From positions 1 through 23,814 of the IMG/VR virus record IMGVR_UViG_2563366942_000005: DNA of 23,814 bases. The stretch is one strand, 5' to 3'. A program made the position numbers and the translations under genes. This DNA comes from a virus (lineage: Duplodnaviria; Heunggongvirae; Uroviricota; Caudoviricetes). Below the pieces are notes generated by a model. It was given only the letters and a program-made list of their open reading frames with translations, had not been told where the DNA came from and searched no databases. Of this stretch, positions 1-7,606 are shown one piece after another (the first letter of the stretch is position 1; the number at the start of each line of letters is the position of its first letter).

Positions 1-1269
1 ATGAAGCTCACAGCCAGACAGGTCGAGACCGCAAAGCCAAAAGAAAAAACCTACAAAATGGCCGACGGCGGCGGTTTGTATCTCGAGATTTCGCCTAAGG
101 GGTCAAAATACTGGCGCATGAAATACAGACGCCCCTCAGACAAAAAAGAGGATCGCCTCGCTTTTGGTGTTTGGCCTACTGTGACGCTTGCTCAGGCAAG
201 AGCAAAGCGCGATGAAGCTAAAAAACTGCTAGTGCAGGGCATTGACCCAAAAGCCGAACAGAAAGAAGCTCAGGCCGAGAATTCGGGGGCATATACATTC
301 GAAACCATTGCTCGTGAATGGCACGCCAGTAACAAACGCTGGAGTGAAGACCATCGCTCGCGCGTTCTTCGCTATCTTGAGCTTTATATCTTCCCTCACA
401 TTGGTTCGTCCGACATTCGTCAGCTCAAGACTAGCCACCTGTTAGCCCCGATTAAAAAAGTTGATGCAAGTGGTAAGCATGACGTCGCGCAGCGACTTCA
501 GCAGCGTGTCACGGCTATCATGCGTTATGCAGTACAGAACGATTACATCGACTCAAATCCAGCCAGTGATATGGCTGGTGCTCTATCGACAACCAAAGCG
601 CGACATTACCCAGCTTTACCCTCTAGCCGGTTCCCTGAGTTTCTTGCACGTCTTGCTGCATATCGTGGCCGTGTAATGACACGGATCGCGGTTGAGCTTT
701 CCTTACTAACTTTTGTGCGTTCCAGTGAGTTGCGTTTTGCGCGTTGGGATGAATTCGACTTCGATAAATCTCTATGGCGCATACCTGCAAAACGAAAAGA
801 AATTAAGGGAGTGCGTTATTCGTATCGTGGTATGAAGATGAAAGAGGAGCATATCGTTCCGCTGAGTCGTCAGGCGATGAATTTGTTAGACCAGTTAAAG
901 CAGATTAGTGGTGATAAAGAGATGCTTTTCCCGGGGGATCATGACGCCACTAAGGTTATGAGTGAAAACACAGTGAATAGCGCATTGCGTGCGATGGGAT
1001 ATGACACAAAAACCGAAGTCTGCGGGCATGGGTTTAGGACGATGGCACGTGGTGCGTTGGGTGAGTCAGGATTATGGAGTGATGATGCTATAGAACGCCA
1101 ACTGAGCCATTCAGAGCGCAATAATGTTCGTGCAGCTTATATTCATACTTCTGAACATCTAGATGAGCGGCGTCTTATGGTTCAATGGTGGGCGGATTAT
1201 TTAGATATAAGTAAGCATTCTCAAGTCACTCCATATGAGTTTGCAAATATGCTTAAAGTTAAAAAGTAA
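1..1269 (+). CDS. int: P4-family tyrosine integrase (site-specific recombinase)
   Basis: 422-aa ORF with the typical P4-type integrase N-terminus (MKLTARQVETAKPK...DGGGLYLEISPKGSKYWRMKYR) and a C-terminal catalytic region (HGFRTMARGAL ... YIHTSEH). It is the first gene of the element and is oriented away from the presumed upstream tRNA. Confidence 0.9.
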   Translation: MKLTARQVETAKPKEKTYKMADGGGLYLEISPKGSKYWRMKYRRPSDKKEDRLAFGVWPTVTLAQARAKRDEAKKLLVQGIDPKAEQKEAQAENSGAYTFETIAREWHASNKRWSEDHRSRVLRYLELYIFPHIGSSDIRQLKTSHLLAPIKKVDASGKHDVAQRLQQRVTAIMRYAVQNDYIDSNPASDMAGALSTTKARHYPALPSSRFPEFLARLAAYRGRVMTRIAVELSLLTFVRSSELRFARWDEFDFDKSLWRIPAKRKEIKGVRYSYRGMKMKEEHIVPLSRQAMNLLDQLKQISGDKEMLFPGDHDATKVMSENTVNSALRAMGYDTKTEVCGHGFRTMARGALGESGLWSDDAIERQLSHSERNNVRAAYIHTSEHLDERRLMVQWWADYLDISKHSQVTPYEFANMLKVKK

Positions 1270-1291
1270 GAAATACCGGTCAAAAGCTAAC

Positions 1292-1759
1292 TTATTTTTT
1301 CTGCATTTGACCGAGTGTAATTACAGTTATTAATATGATGTGAATAATATTAAGAATGAGAATGTATAAACCACATTTCAAAATTGTCAATGCAACATTA
1401 AATGGCATTATGATAGCCACCATGCATAATAAAAATGTGACCAATAAAAAAACAATGCTCTGCCCATATAGATGGTAGAAGATATTTATATATCCTTGCT
1501 GTCGCCACTTTAGAAAAGAAGTTTTATCAGACACTGATATGATATAAGCACCAATTGCAGCAATGAATCCTGTCATTGTGAAACTAAAAGTACCTAATAG
1601 TGTAGCGATGCCAATTATACCTTCAGGTTTTATCTCTATGTATTGGTTTTCACAAAACACCGCAATGAGAGTAAAAATAACAGCAGTAAGAATGCTTACA
1701 CCCCATGTGGCTATATTAATTTTTACTATTGCTTGGTTAGTAAGCATTGTCATCCTCAA
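1292..1759 (-). CDS. Small multi-pass membrane protein (155 aa), hypothetical; putative effector of a two-gene cargo module
   Basis: The protein is dominated by about 4-5 long hydrophobic segments (e.g. WGVSILTAVIFTLIAVF, IIGIATLLGTFSFTMTGFIAAIGAYII, IVFLLVTFLLCMVAIIMPF, LYILILNIIHIILITVITL). Its start overlaps the upstream gene's stop (ATGA at 1756-1759). The region is AT-rich relative to the flanking satellite genes. Confidence 0.6.
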   Translation of the reverse strand: MRMTMLTNQAIVKINIATWGVSILTAVIFTLIAVFCENQYIEIKPEGIIGIATLLGTFSFTMTGFIAAIGAYIISVSDKTSFLKWRQQGYINIFYHLYGQSIVFLLVTFLLCMVAIIMPFNVALTILKCGLYILILNIIHIILITVITLGQMQKK

Positions 1760-2697
1760 CTTTTTGCTTTGTGGTAACTTTCTGTTTTTAGATCATTCCA
1801 CACTGGATCAATAATACCTGAATGTATGCGTCCAGTAAAATTTTGTGCGTATGTACTCAATTCACTTATCACAACTTGGTTTTTGTATCTTTTTTCAAGT
1901 ATTTGATCTTCAATCTTTACTTTGAGATGAGGGTTTATTATATCAAAAATATTCTGATTCTTATCTAAAATAAACTCTTTTACATTTGATTGAAATTCAT
2001 CTGCCTTGGCTCTGAAATAAATTTCTGCATACTCTTTATCTTCAGATGAAGATAAACTTGAGAGTAATGGTTGTATATAATCTTTCACATTCTCTTTTCT
2101 ATTTTTTCTTTTTACGATAATTTGCACTTCCATATTGTCTGATGGGGCCTTGCCAAACAATCCATTTATTACATCTCCAACAGAATCATTATTTAACTTC
2201 ACTCGTGCTTCAGTGATGAGTTTGAATTTTGTAGCCGATGTAGATTTGATTTCTATTTTTAATGTGCAAAGCTCGAAGGTGTAAATATGTGATTGAAAAT
2301 CTTGATTAATTATTTCGTTAATGAAGAATTGCAAATCATCAATGTCAGCATTACCTTTACCCTCGGTTACTCCGATTATTGAATGTTTAGGGTCAATAAA
2401 AAAGTAAGTAACTTTCTCTAGACTATCTTTACCAAGTACAGAAGCCAAATCATTTACTACACCAGTTGCTCTATCTACAGCTTTAAATGCTGTAGTAATT
2501 GCTGGCGTGGTCAAATAGTATATGCCATCAAATGAGGTGGGCATGGCTAGGTACAGTCTTTTTAACCCTTTGTTTTTCTCAAAAAGAGATTTTTTTCTAT
2601 GCAAACAAAAATTTTTGATAATATCTGAAATGTTATCAAAATAAACTTTTTGATTTCTATTGTCGGTTATTGTGTAAGTAAAATAATTTAACTTCAT
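1756..2697 (-). CDS. Hypothetical protein (313 aa), soluble, no recognisable motif; upstream partner of the membrane protein
   Basis: Long ORF with the start ATG at 2697 preceded by an AAAGAGA Shine-Dalgarno-like sequence. It is AT-rich and translationally coupled to the 155-aa membrane protein. It occupies the position of the P4 gop/beta/cII variable region between int and cos. Confidence 0.65.
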   Translation of the reverse strand: MKLNYFTYTITDNRNQKVYFDNISDIIKNFCLHRKKSLFEKNKGLKRLYLAMPTSFDGIYYLTTPAITTAFKAVDRATGVVNDLASVLGKDSLEKVTYFFIDPKHSIIGVTEGKGNADIDDLQFFINEIINQDFQSHIYTFELCTLKIEIKSTSATKFKLITEARVKLNNDSVGDVINGLFGKAPSDNMEVQIIVKRKNRKENVKDYIQPLLSSLSSSEDKEYAEIYFRAKADEFQSNVKEFILDKNQNIFDIINPHLKVKIEDQILEKRYKNQVVISELSTYAQNFTGRIHSGIIDPVWNDLKTESYHKAKS

Positions 2698-2942
2698 GTT
2701 CTCTTTCGCCTAGAGTGCTTATTTTTATATCATTGATCAGAAATATACTTTTAACAAGTATGCCTACTCATTTTTTTGGGTAGGTTCAATATATTATGTG
2801 TTGGTATTGTTCACCTGCATGCCTCGTAAGAGCATCAAACCTACTCTATGCATTTGCCACTGATCCATAATCGTTTATCTGCATACATCTATGATGTACT
2901 CAGGTTTCGAAAATAAATGTGCATCATTGCTATTGGCGCGCA

Positions 2943-2961
2943 GTGCTTTCCCCGCCTCGCC
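2943..2961. other. cos site (19-nt cohesive end sequence of P2/P4-type phages, reverse orientation)
   Basis: The sequence GTGCTTTCCCCGCCTCGCC at 2943-2961 is the reverse complement of GGCGAGGCGGGGAAAGCAC, which I recall as the P2/186/P4 cohesive end. It lies between the psu 3' end and the cargo cassette, as in P4. Confidence 0.75.
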
Positions 2962-3125
2962 CGCCCGCTTTGCAGGGCGGTTTTAATGCAGTTGCACAGT
3001 CACGCTCAGGCCGCGCCGGGAATGGCGCGGTCTGCAGAGAATGAGGCAGGAAAACGCATGCAAAGCCATGCACCTTATCGATGCATGGCTTTTTTCAGTA
3101 AAAACGGGCGGATTTTCGGGGAATT

Positions 3126-3698
3126 TTACACAGACTGACGTGATGCCAGTTGCGCACTTTTACGCGAAAAAATCATGTTCTGCGCAGGAGTGAATTTTTC
3201 ACGGCTGTCATCCACCGAAGCCGCGTCAGGCCTGAATCCGATGGTCGTTAAAATGTCGCTATCCTGTGCGGAATAATTAATTTTTTCACCCTTCGCAAGC
3301 CAGGACAGGAGGGCTTCACGCAGGGCATCTGTGGCACGCTGTATGGCACAGTTTCGGGCAATGGCCGTCAGCTCACTGTAGCCCATCAGCTCCGGTGCCA
3401 GTGCCGCCGCCAGTGCTGTGCCGTGCTGCTGCATAAAATCATTCAGCCGATCGCGGATGCTGATGTGCTGAACGGCTTCATGCGAACGAATATAACGACC
3501 GGCGGCCTGATTCACCTGCCATTTTCTGACTTCGATAATATTGCGTAATTCGTCCAGGCGACTGACGTTTCTGCCTTCTCCTGACAGAAGCCGCAGATAT
3601 TCCTGTTCGGCCGCAGCCAGCTCATTTTTGCGTTGCAGCCATGCTGCTTTGTTATTCTGACAGGTGTCAAAGGCCTGCTGTAAGGCTGTGCTTTCCAT
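3126..3698 (-). CDS. psu: Psu, polarity suppression protein / capsid decoration protein
   Basis: 190-aa ORF beginning MESTALQQAFDTCQNNKAAWLQRKNELAAAEQEY, which matches my recollection of P4 Psu in both length and N-terminal sequence. It is the last gene of the sid-delta-psu operon. Confidence 0.9.
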   Translation of the reverse strand: MESTALQQAFDTCQNNKAAWLQRKNELAAAEQEYLRLLSGEGRNVSRLDELRNIIEVRKWQVNQAAGRYIRSHEAVQHISIRDRLNDFMQQHGTALAAALAPELMGYSELTAIARNCAIQRATDALREALLSWLAKGEKINYSAQDSDILTTIGFRPDAASVDDSREKFTPAQNMIFSRKSAQLASRQSV

Positions 3699-3771
3699 CG
3701 TTATCTCTTTCTCATCATGCTGAAGAATAAAAATACGGTGTGCGGCGACGGCCGGTGTTAACCGGCAGCCC

Positions 3772-4272
3772 TCATTCCAGACGCAGCGAATATGATTGTG
3801 TTTTTAAGCGTACTGGCGGCAGTTCCTGTTTTTCATGCAGGCTTTCTGCCAGTTCGTCCGGCGTGACCGGGCGGACAATGAAGCGGTTGATGGTCTGAAG
3901 CGTTTTAAACACCAGACCACAGCCCGGATCCGTGCACACATAAAAACGCTCGGTGACTTCCTGAGACAGACGCCGCGATGTTCTTGACAGTGCAAGGCCT
4001 TTACATCTCCGACAACAATATCCGGTAACAAGCATTCTTTTCGGGCGTTTCATGCTACCGGAGGCTGACGTCAGTGAATCGCGGTATCTCTGTTTGCCTG
4101 AAATGTATTCCATTCCTGAATCTTTACTGTCAGAGAAAAAGCTTTCACTCGCTTCAAATGTCGCAGAGCAATAAATATTCCGGCACTGTGCAATCATTAT
4201 CTTGGTGCCATCGTCCATGAAATGTGCGCGACGGGTGTGAGCAACATGTCCACACGACGGGCAGTAAATCAT
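3772..4272 (-). CDS. delta: Delta, late-gene transcriptional activator (tandem Ogr-like zinc-finger domains)
   Basis: 166 aa with two Ogr-type Cys motifs (CPSCGHVAHTRR...CRNIYCSATF and CCRRCKGLALSRTSRR...CTDPGCGLVF). Size and duplicated-domain architecture match P4 Delta. Its start overlaps the sid stop. Confidence 0.9.
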   Translation of the reverse strand: MIYCPSCGHVAHTRRAHFMDDGTKIMIAQCRNIYCSATFEASESFFSDSKDSGMEYISGKQRYRDSLTSASGSMKRPKRMLVTGYCCRRCKGLALSRTSRRLSQEVTERFYVCTDPGCGLVFKTLQTINRFIVRPVTPDELAESLHEKQELPPVRLKTQSYSLRLE

Positions 4273-5003
4273 GACAGCAGTCCTCTGGCCTTAAGCTCTG
4301 CTCCCTGCTGGTCTATTTTGTCCTGCCACACCTTGCGCTGTGCCGGTGTGCCTGCCACCTCATAATCCATGTGCGGGAGTGTTGCCGCTGACAGTCCGGT
4401 CAGCCGGAGAACCGGCTCGCCGGTGAGGCTGATTTGCATCTGTTTAATTTTCTGTTCCAGCGATGATTTCACCTGCTGCATGACAGCCTTTTCCGGTGCG
4501 ACGTAGCCCTGATGGCCGGTGGTGTTGGCGAGCGGATTTTCCTGTACCAGGATACTCAGATGCATTGCCCGGACAAGCGCCTCACAGGTTTCATTCAGGG
4601 CGTGTTCCAGCTCATGCTCTGCATACAGACTCAGAAGGTGATGATGTGCCTTCCGGTAGGCGGTGGCCGTGCTGTCACACGCCCCTTTCAGGCGTTCACG
4701 TTCAAAATTCAGCACCACGGCCAGATTGTCATATTCCTGTACCAGCTCCCGGCGTGCCACGCGCTCAATGTGGCGCTGTTTCAGCTCGTCGCTCAGGACA
4801 CCACCGGCTGCACGAAAGGCCGTGCGCCAGTCGTCAGCGTCGTTTCCGTCGGCCTGCGCCAGCGCATTTTTTTCCTGCTCTGCCCGTTCAATGGCCGTGA
4901 CGGTCTCATCCATCAGACGGGCGTTCTCAAGATGGGCGGCTCTGGCCTTTTCCAGTTGTGCCAGCGCGGATTGCAGATATTCAGGGATGGTGTTGTCAGA
5001 CAT
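4269..5003 (-). CDS. sid: Sid, capsid size-determination (external scaffold) protein
   Basis: The ORF track gives 250 aa from an upstream Met. The ATG at 5003 (MSDNTIPEYLQ...) gives 244 aa, matching the P4 Sid length. The protein is alanine/glutamate-rich and helical in character, and is followed directly by delta and psu. Confidence 0.85.
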   Translation of the reverse strand: MSDNTIPEYLQSALAQLEKARAAHLENARLMDETVTAIERAEQEKNALAQADGNDADDWRTAFRAAGGVLSDELKQRHIERVARRELVQEYDNLAVVLNFERERLKGACDSTATAYRKAHHHLLSLYAEHELEHALNETCEALVRAMHLSILVQENPLANTTGHQGYVAPEKAVMQQVKSSLEQKIKQMQISLTGEPVLRLTGLSAATLPHMDYEVAGTPAQRKVWQDKIDQQGAELKARGLLS

Positions 5004-5172
5004 TTTCCGGCTCCTCGTCACTTCAGGTTAAGAAAATTGTGACGTACACCGGACAACAACACGACGCATTGCAGATGTGCCAGCCCTGACACAGGAGACT
5101 CATCCTCAGACCGGCAAGCCAGGAAAAGGTCGCAGGAAAAACCGGCTTACTGTTTGTTTTTTTATATTTTAC

Positions 5173-5276
5173 TGTTCACCTCTGTTCACCATAAGAAAAA
5201 AGATAAGTAATACAGTAAGTTAAAGGGTGAACAATCGCAGTAATGACTGTTCACCGTCTGTTCACCACTGTTCACC
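5173..5276. repeat. Cluster of TGTTCACC octamer iterons (P4 ori-like alpha-binding sites)
   Basis: Six exact copies of TGTTCACC or its complement GGTGAACA at 5173-5180, 5183-5190, 5226-5233, 5248-5255, 5259-5266 and 5269-5276, in the intergenic control region between sid and vis. The same octamer is reported as the P4 type I iteron. Confidence 0.7.
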
Positions 5277-5554
5277 CGTTGATGGGCTTTTTATGCTGTT
5301 TATTACTGTTTATTTTTATTAATTAACTGAAATAAATAAGAAAAAACAATTTGCATTTCACTATAAAAAATTCCAGGTCCTTCAGAACCCTTTGAGACCC
5401 TTCCAGTCCGGATGGATAAAAAACACACAGCCATTGTAAGGTTGCCGGAACAAATTCCCCCTGTTGCGTCTGCTGAAAATATTCACAAAATAAAGCGCTA
5501 CCCGAAGCCGGACGGACTTATCCGGTGCTGTATGGACATTAACGAGGTAGCCCG

Positions 5555-5821
5555 ATGCAAGCTGTTTTTTCTTCCCCGTCTCCCGCCCCTGTTACGCCAC
5601 TGATGCCGCTGCCGGACATCACGCAGGAGCGTTTTTTACGTCTGCCGGAAGTGATGCACCTGTGCGGCCTGTCACGCTCGACCATCTATGAACTCATCCG
5701 TAAGGGGGAATTTCCGCCGCAGGTGAGTCTTGGCGGTAAAAATGTGGCCTGGCTGCACTCTGAAGTCACCGCATGGATGGCCGGACGCATTGCCGGACGC
5801 AAACGGGGGGACGACGCATGA
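5555..5821 (+). CDS. vis: AlpA/Vis-family small DNA-binding regulator (excisionase-like helix-turn-helix)
   Basis: 88-aa ORF with the AlpA-type core ([46 protein letters not shown]). GAGG lies upstream of the ATG. Position is equivalent to P4 vis (orf88). Confidence 0.8.
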   Translation: MQAVFSSPSPAPVTPLMPLPDITQERFLRLPEVMHLCGLSRSTIYELIRKGEFPPQVSLGGKNVAWLHSEVTAWMAGRIAGRKRGDDA

Positions 5822-6210
5822 TGATGCCCGCTCTGCAAAAACTCCCTTTTTCTGGCTTGCCTTTTTCCGGCATTTGCGGATATAGTTTTTCCGCTGCCGC
5901 AAAATCGGCAGCCGGGCGTAGGAACCCGTGTAACTCGAAGGCGACATATGACGCGCCATGCGTCTTTTTTTGTGTCGCAATCAACGCCACAGAGCGCCAG
6001 ATTATGGTGTGGCGTGTGGTTTGCCGTGCAGGTATGATCCTGTTCGCAATCGCATGTTATGCCACTGAGTCAATGGTAGCTCAGGCGGGGCAGCCTCCGG
6101 GCTGGCCGGTATTCTTCGAGGCCGGTATTCCTACCCCCGTCTGGGCTATCGCCATCGAGCGTAGGAACTCCGGCGATAGCAGTTATTTGCTACTCGAAGG
6201 AGACTGCCTT

Positions 6211-6408
6211 ATGGCTACAACCCTTACCCCTTCACACCCTGAATTTGTCTTTGTGTTTGCGGCTGTCCGTCGCGCAGACCGTCATCCCCGTATCTGCATG
6301 CTTCGCACCGTCGCCGGTGATGAACGCAGCGCCCGCCGTTCCCTTGTCCGTGACTATGTGCTCTCCCTTGCTGCCCGTCTGCCGGTGGTGGAGGTGTCCC
6401 GTGCGTAA
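6211..6408 (+). CDS. Small hypothetical protein (65 aa) in the satellite early/immunity region
   Basis: ATG at 6211 preceded by AAGGAG. Its stop overlaps the GTG start of the next ORF. The upstream part of the 211-aa six-frame ORF containing it has a non-protein-like composition and is not called. Confidence 0.35.
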   Translation: MATTLTPSHPEFVFVFAAVRRADRHPRICMLRTVAGDERSARRSLVRDYVLSLAARLPVVEVSRA

Positions 6409-6688
6409 TAAAAAAGCCCCTCAGACCGTCTCAGCACGTCATGACGCCCGTGAACACCTCAGCATTGAGGCTTACCATAAGCTCAACCGCGCCAGCGCCG
6501 TATCCCAGTTTGTTGGGGGTGATTTGATTCACCGTGAACTCTCCGGCCTGCATCAGCTCTACATTCCGCATATTTTCAGCTACCTGAATGAAGATATTGA
6601 TTTTGTGCTGAATGAGCTGAAAGCCAAAGGCCTGTGCCGCGATTTTCTCGCCCAGCAGAAAGACCGGGGAGACAGGACGCATGTTTGA
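6401..6688 (+). CDS. Small early protein, epsilon-like by position (possible helper-derepression protein); start uncertain (GTG 6401, or upstream ATGs at 6356/6320/6245)
   Basis: ORF immediately upstream of the 151-aa and 106-aa genes and alpha. A GTG start coupled to the preceding stop gives 95 aa. The assignment rests on position and size only. Confidence 0.4.
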   Translation: MRNKKAPQTVSARHDAREHLSIEAYHKLNRASAVSQFVGGDLIHRELSGLHQLYIPHIFSYLNEDIDFVLNELKAKGLCRDFLAQQKDRGDRTHV

Positions 6689-7136
6689 TTTTCCCCAGCC
6701 CGGTGAGATTTACCGTTCTGCCGGTTTTCCCGATGTGGCCGTGGTCGGCATTCTGGAAGACGGTATTCCGTGGGAAATGCCGTACCGCTGCCCGGAAATT
6801 GTCTGGAACCCGTACCGCCGTAAATTCAGTATCCTTGTGCGTATCCTCGCTGACGGGCGCACCACAGACATCCCGCTGGGGCGTTTTCTGCGGGAATTTA
6901 CCTGTGACCGTCCTGACCTGTTCAGACGCAGCCCCGTAAACCGGCATGCGGTACTGAAAGAAATGGCCGGAGACCCGGAATTACAGAAATGGCGGGAGAA
7001 ATATCTGGATATTTACCCGCAGGACCCTGTTCCGGTCAGCCGGGCGGCACCGGTGGCGCGGGAATGGCGGGAAATTCCCCGCACGGAGCCTGACCCGGAA
7101 ATCACCCCGGATAACAGTTACCGCAATTATCTGTAA
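6681..7136 (+). CDS. P4 orf151-like early protein
   Basis: 151-aa ORF with GGAGA upstream of the ATG, overlapping the previous stop. Size and position upstream of orf106/alpha match P4 orf151. Confidence 0.6.
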   Translation: MFDFPQPGEIYRSAGFPDVAVVGILEDGIPWEMPYRCPEIVWNPYRRKFSILVRILADGRTTDIPLGRFLREFTCDRPDLFRRSPVNRHAVLKEMAGDPELQKWREKYLDIYPQDPVPVSRAAPVAREWREIPRTEPDPEITPDNSYRNYL

Positions 7137-7271
7137 TTAAAAAACGACACCCGAAAAATTAAATGTGCGTATTCGCGCAGGGATACGCACGTCTTCAGGA
7201 GACGCAGATATGCCTTATCAGTTAATGCAACCGGCACGGAATGCAGTCATCTGTCACAGGGAGGAAAGCAA

Positions 7272-7592
7272 ATGAAAACACCCTTACCGCCCGTCTTACG
7301 CGCAGCCCTTTACCGTCGTGCTGTCGCCTGTGCCTGGCTGACCGTGTGCGAACGTCAGCACCGCTACCCGCATCTCACCCTTGAATCACTGGAGGCGGCC
7401 ATCGCCGCTGAGCTGGAAGGCTTTTATCTGCGCCAGCACGGTGAGGAAAAAGGGCGTCAGATAGCCTGTGCCCTGCTGGAAGATTTAATGGAATCCGGCC
7501 CCCTGAAGGCCGCGCCGTCGCTGTCCTTTCTCGGGCTGGTTGTGATGGATGAACTCTGTGCCCGTCACATAAAAGCGCCGGTACTGCACTGA
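7272..7592 (+). CDS. P4 orf106-like protein (possibly Cnr-like copy-number regulator)
   Basis: 106-aa ORF with a strong Shine-Dalgarno sequence (GGGAGGAAAG) immediately upstream of alpha. The Cnr identity is from memory of P4 literature and was not verified. Confidence 0.55.
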
Positions 7593-7606
7593 AGGAGAAC
7601 AACACC

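Noticed and set aside
1292-2697. Calling the two-gene cargo Kiwa (KwaA/KwaB)
   Set aside because: The sizes are loosely similar, but the gene order is the reverse of kwaA-kwaB and I cannot recognise any diagnostic motif by eye. It is left as uncharacterised pending HMM search.
2917-3138. 73-aa plus-strand ORF spanning the cos site
   Set aside because: It overlaps the conserved cos sequence and the psu 3' end and has an Ala/Arg-rich implausible composition. The region is better explained as the non-coding cos/packaging region.
4496-5042. Three overlapping plus-strand ORFs (134, 176 and 122 aa) inside sid
   Set aside because: They are antisense to sid, mutually overlapping in different frames, and have low-complexity Arg/Ser/Ala-rich composition. 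They are artefacts of the GC-rich sid coding sequence.
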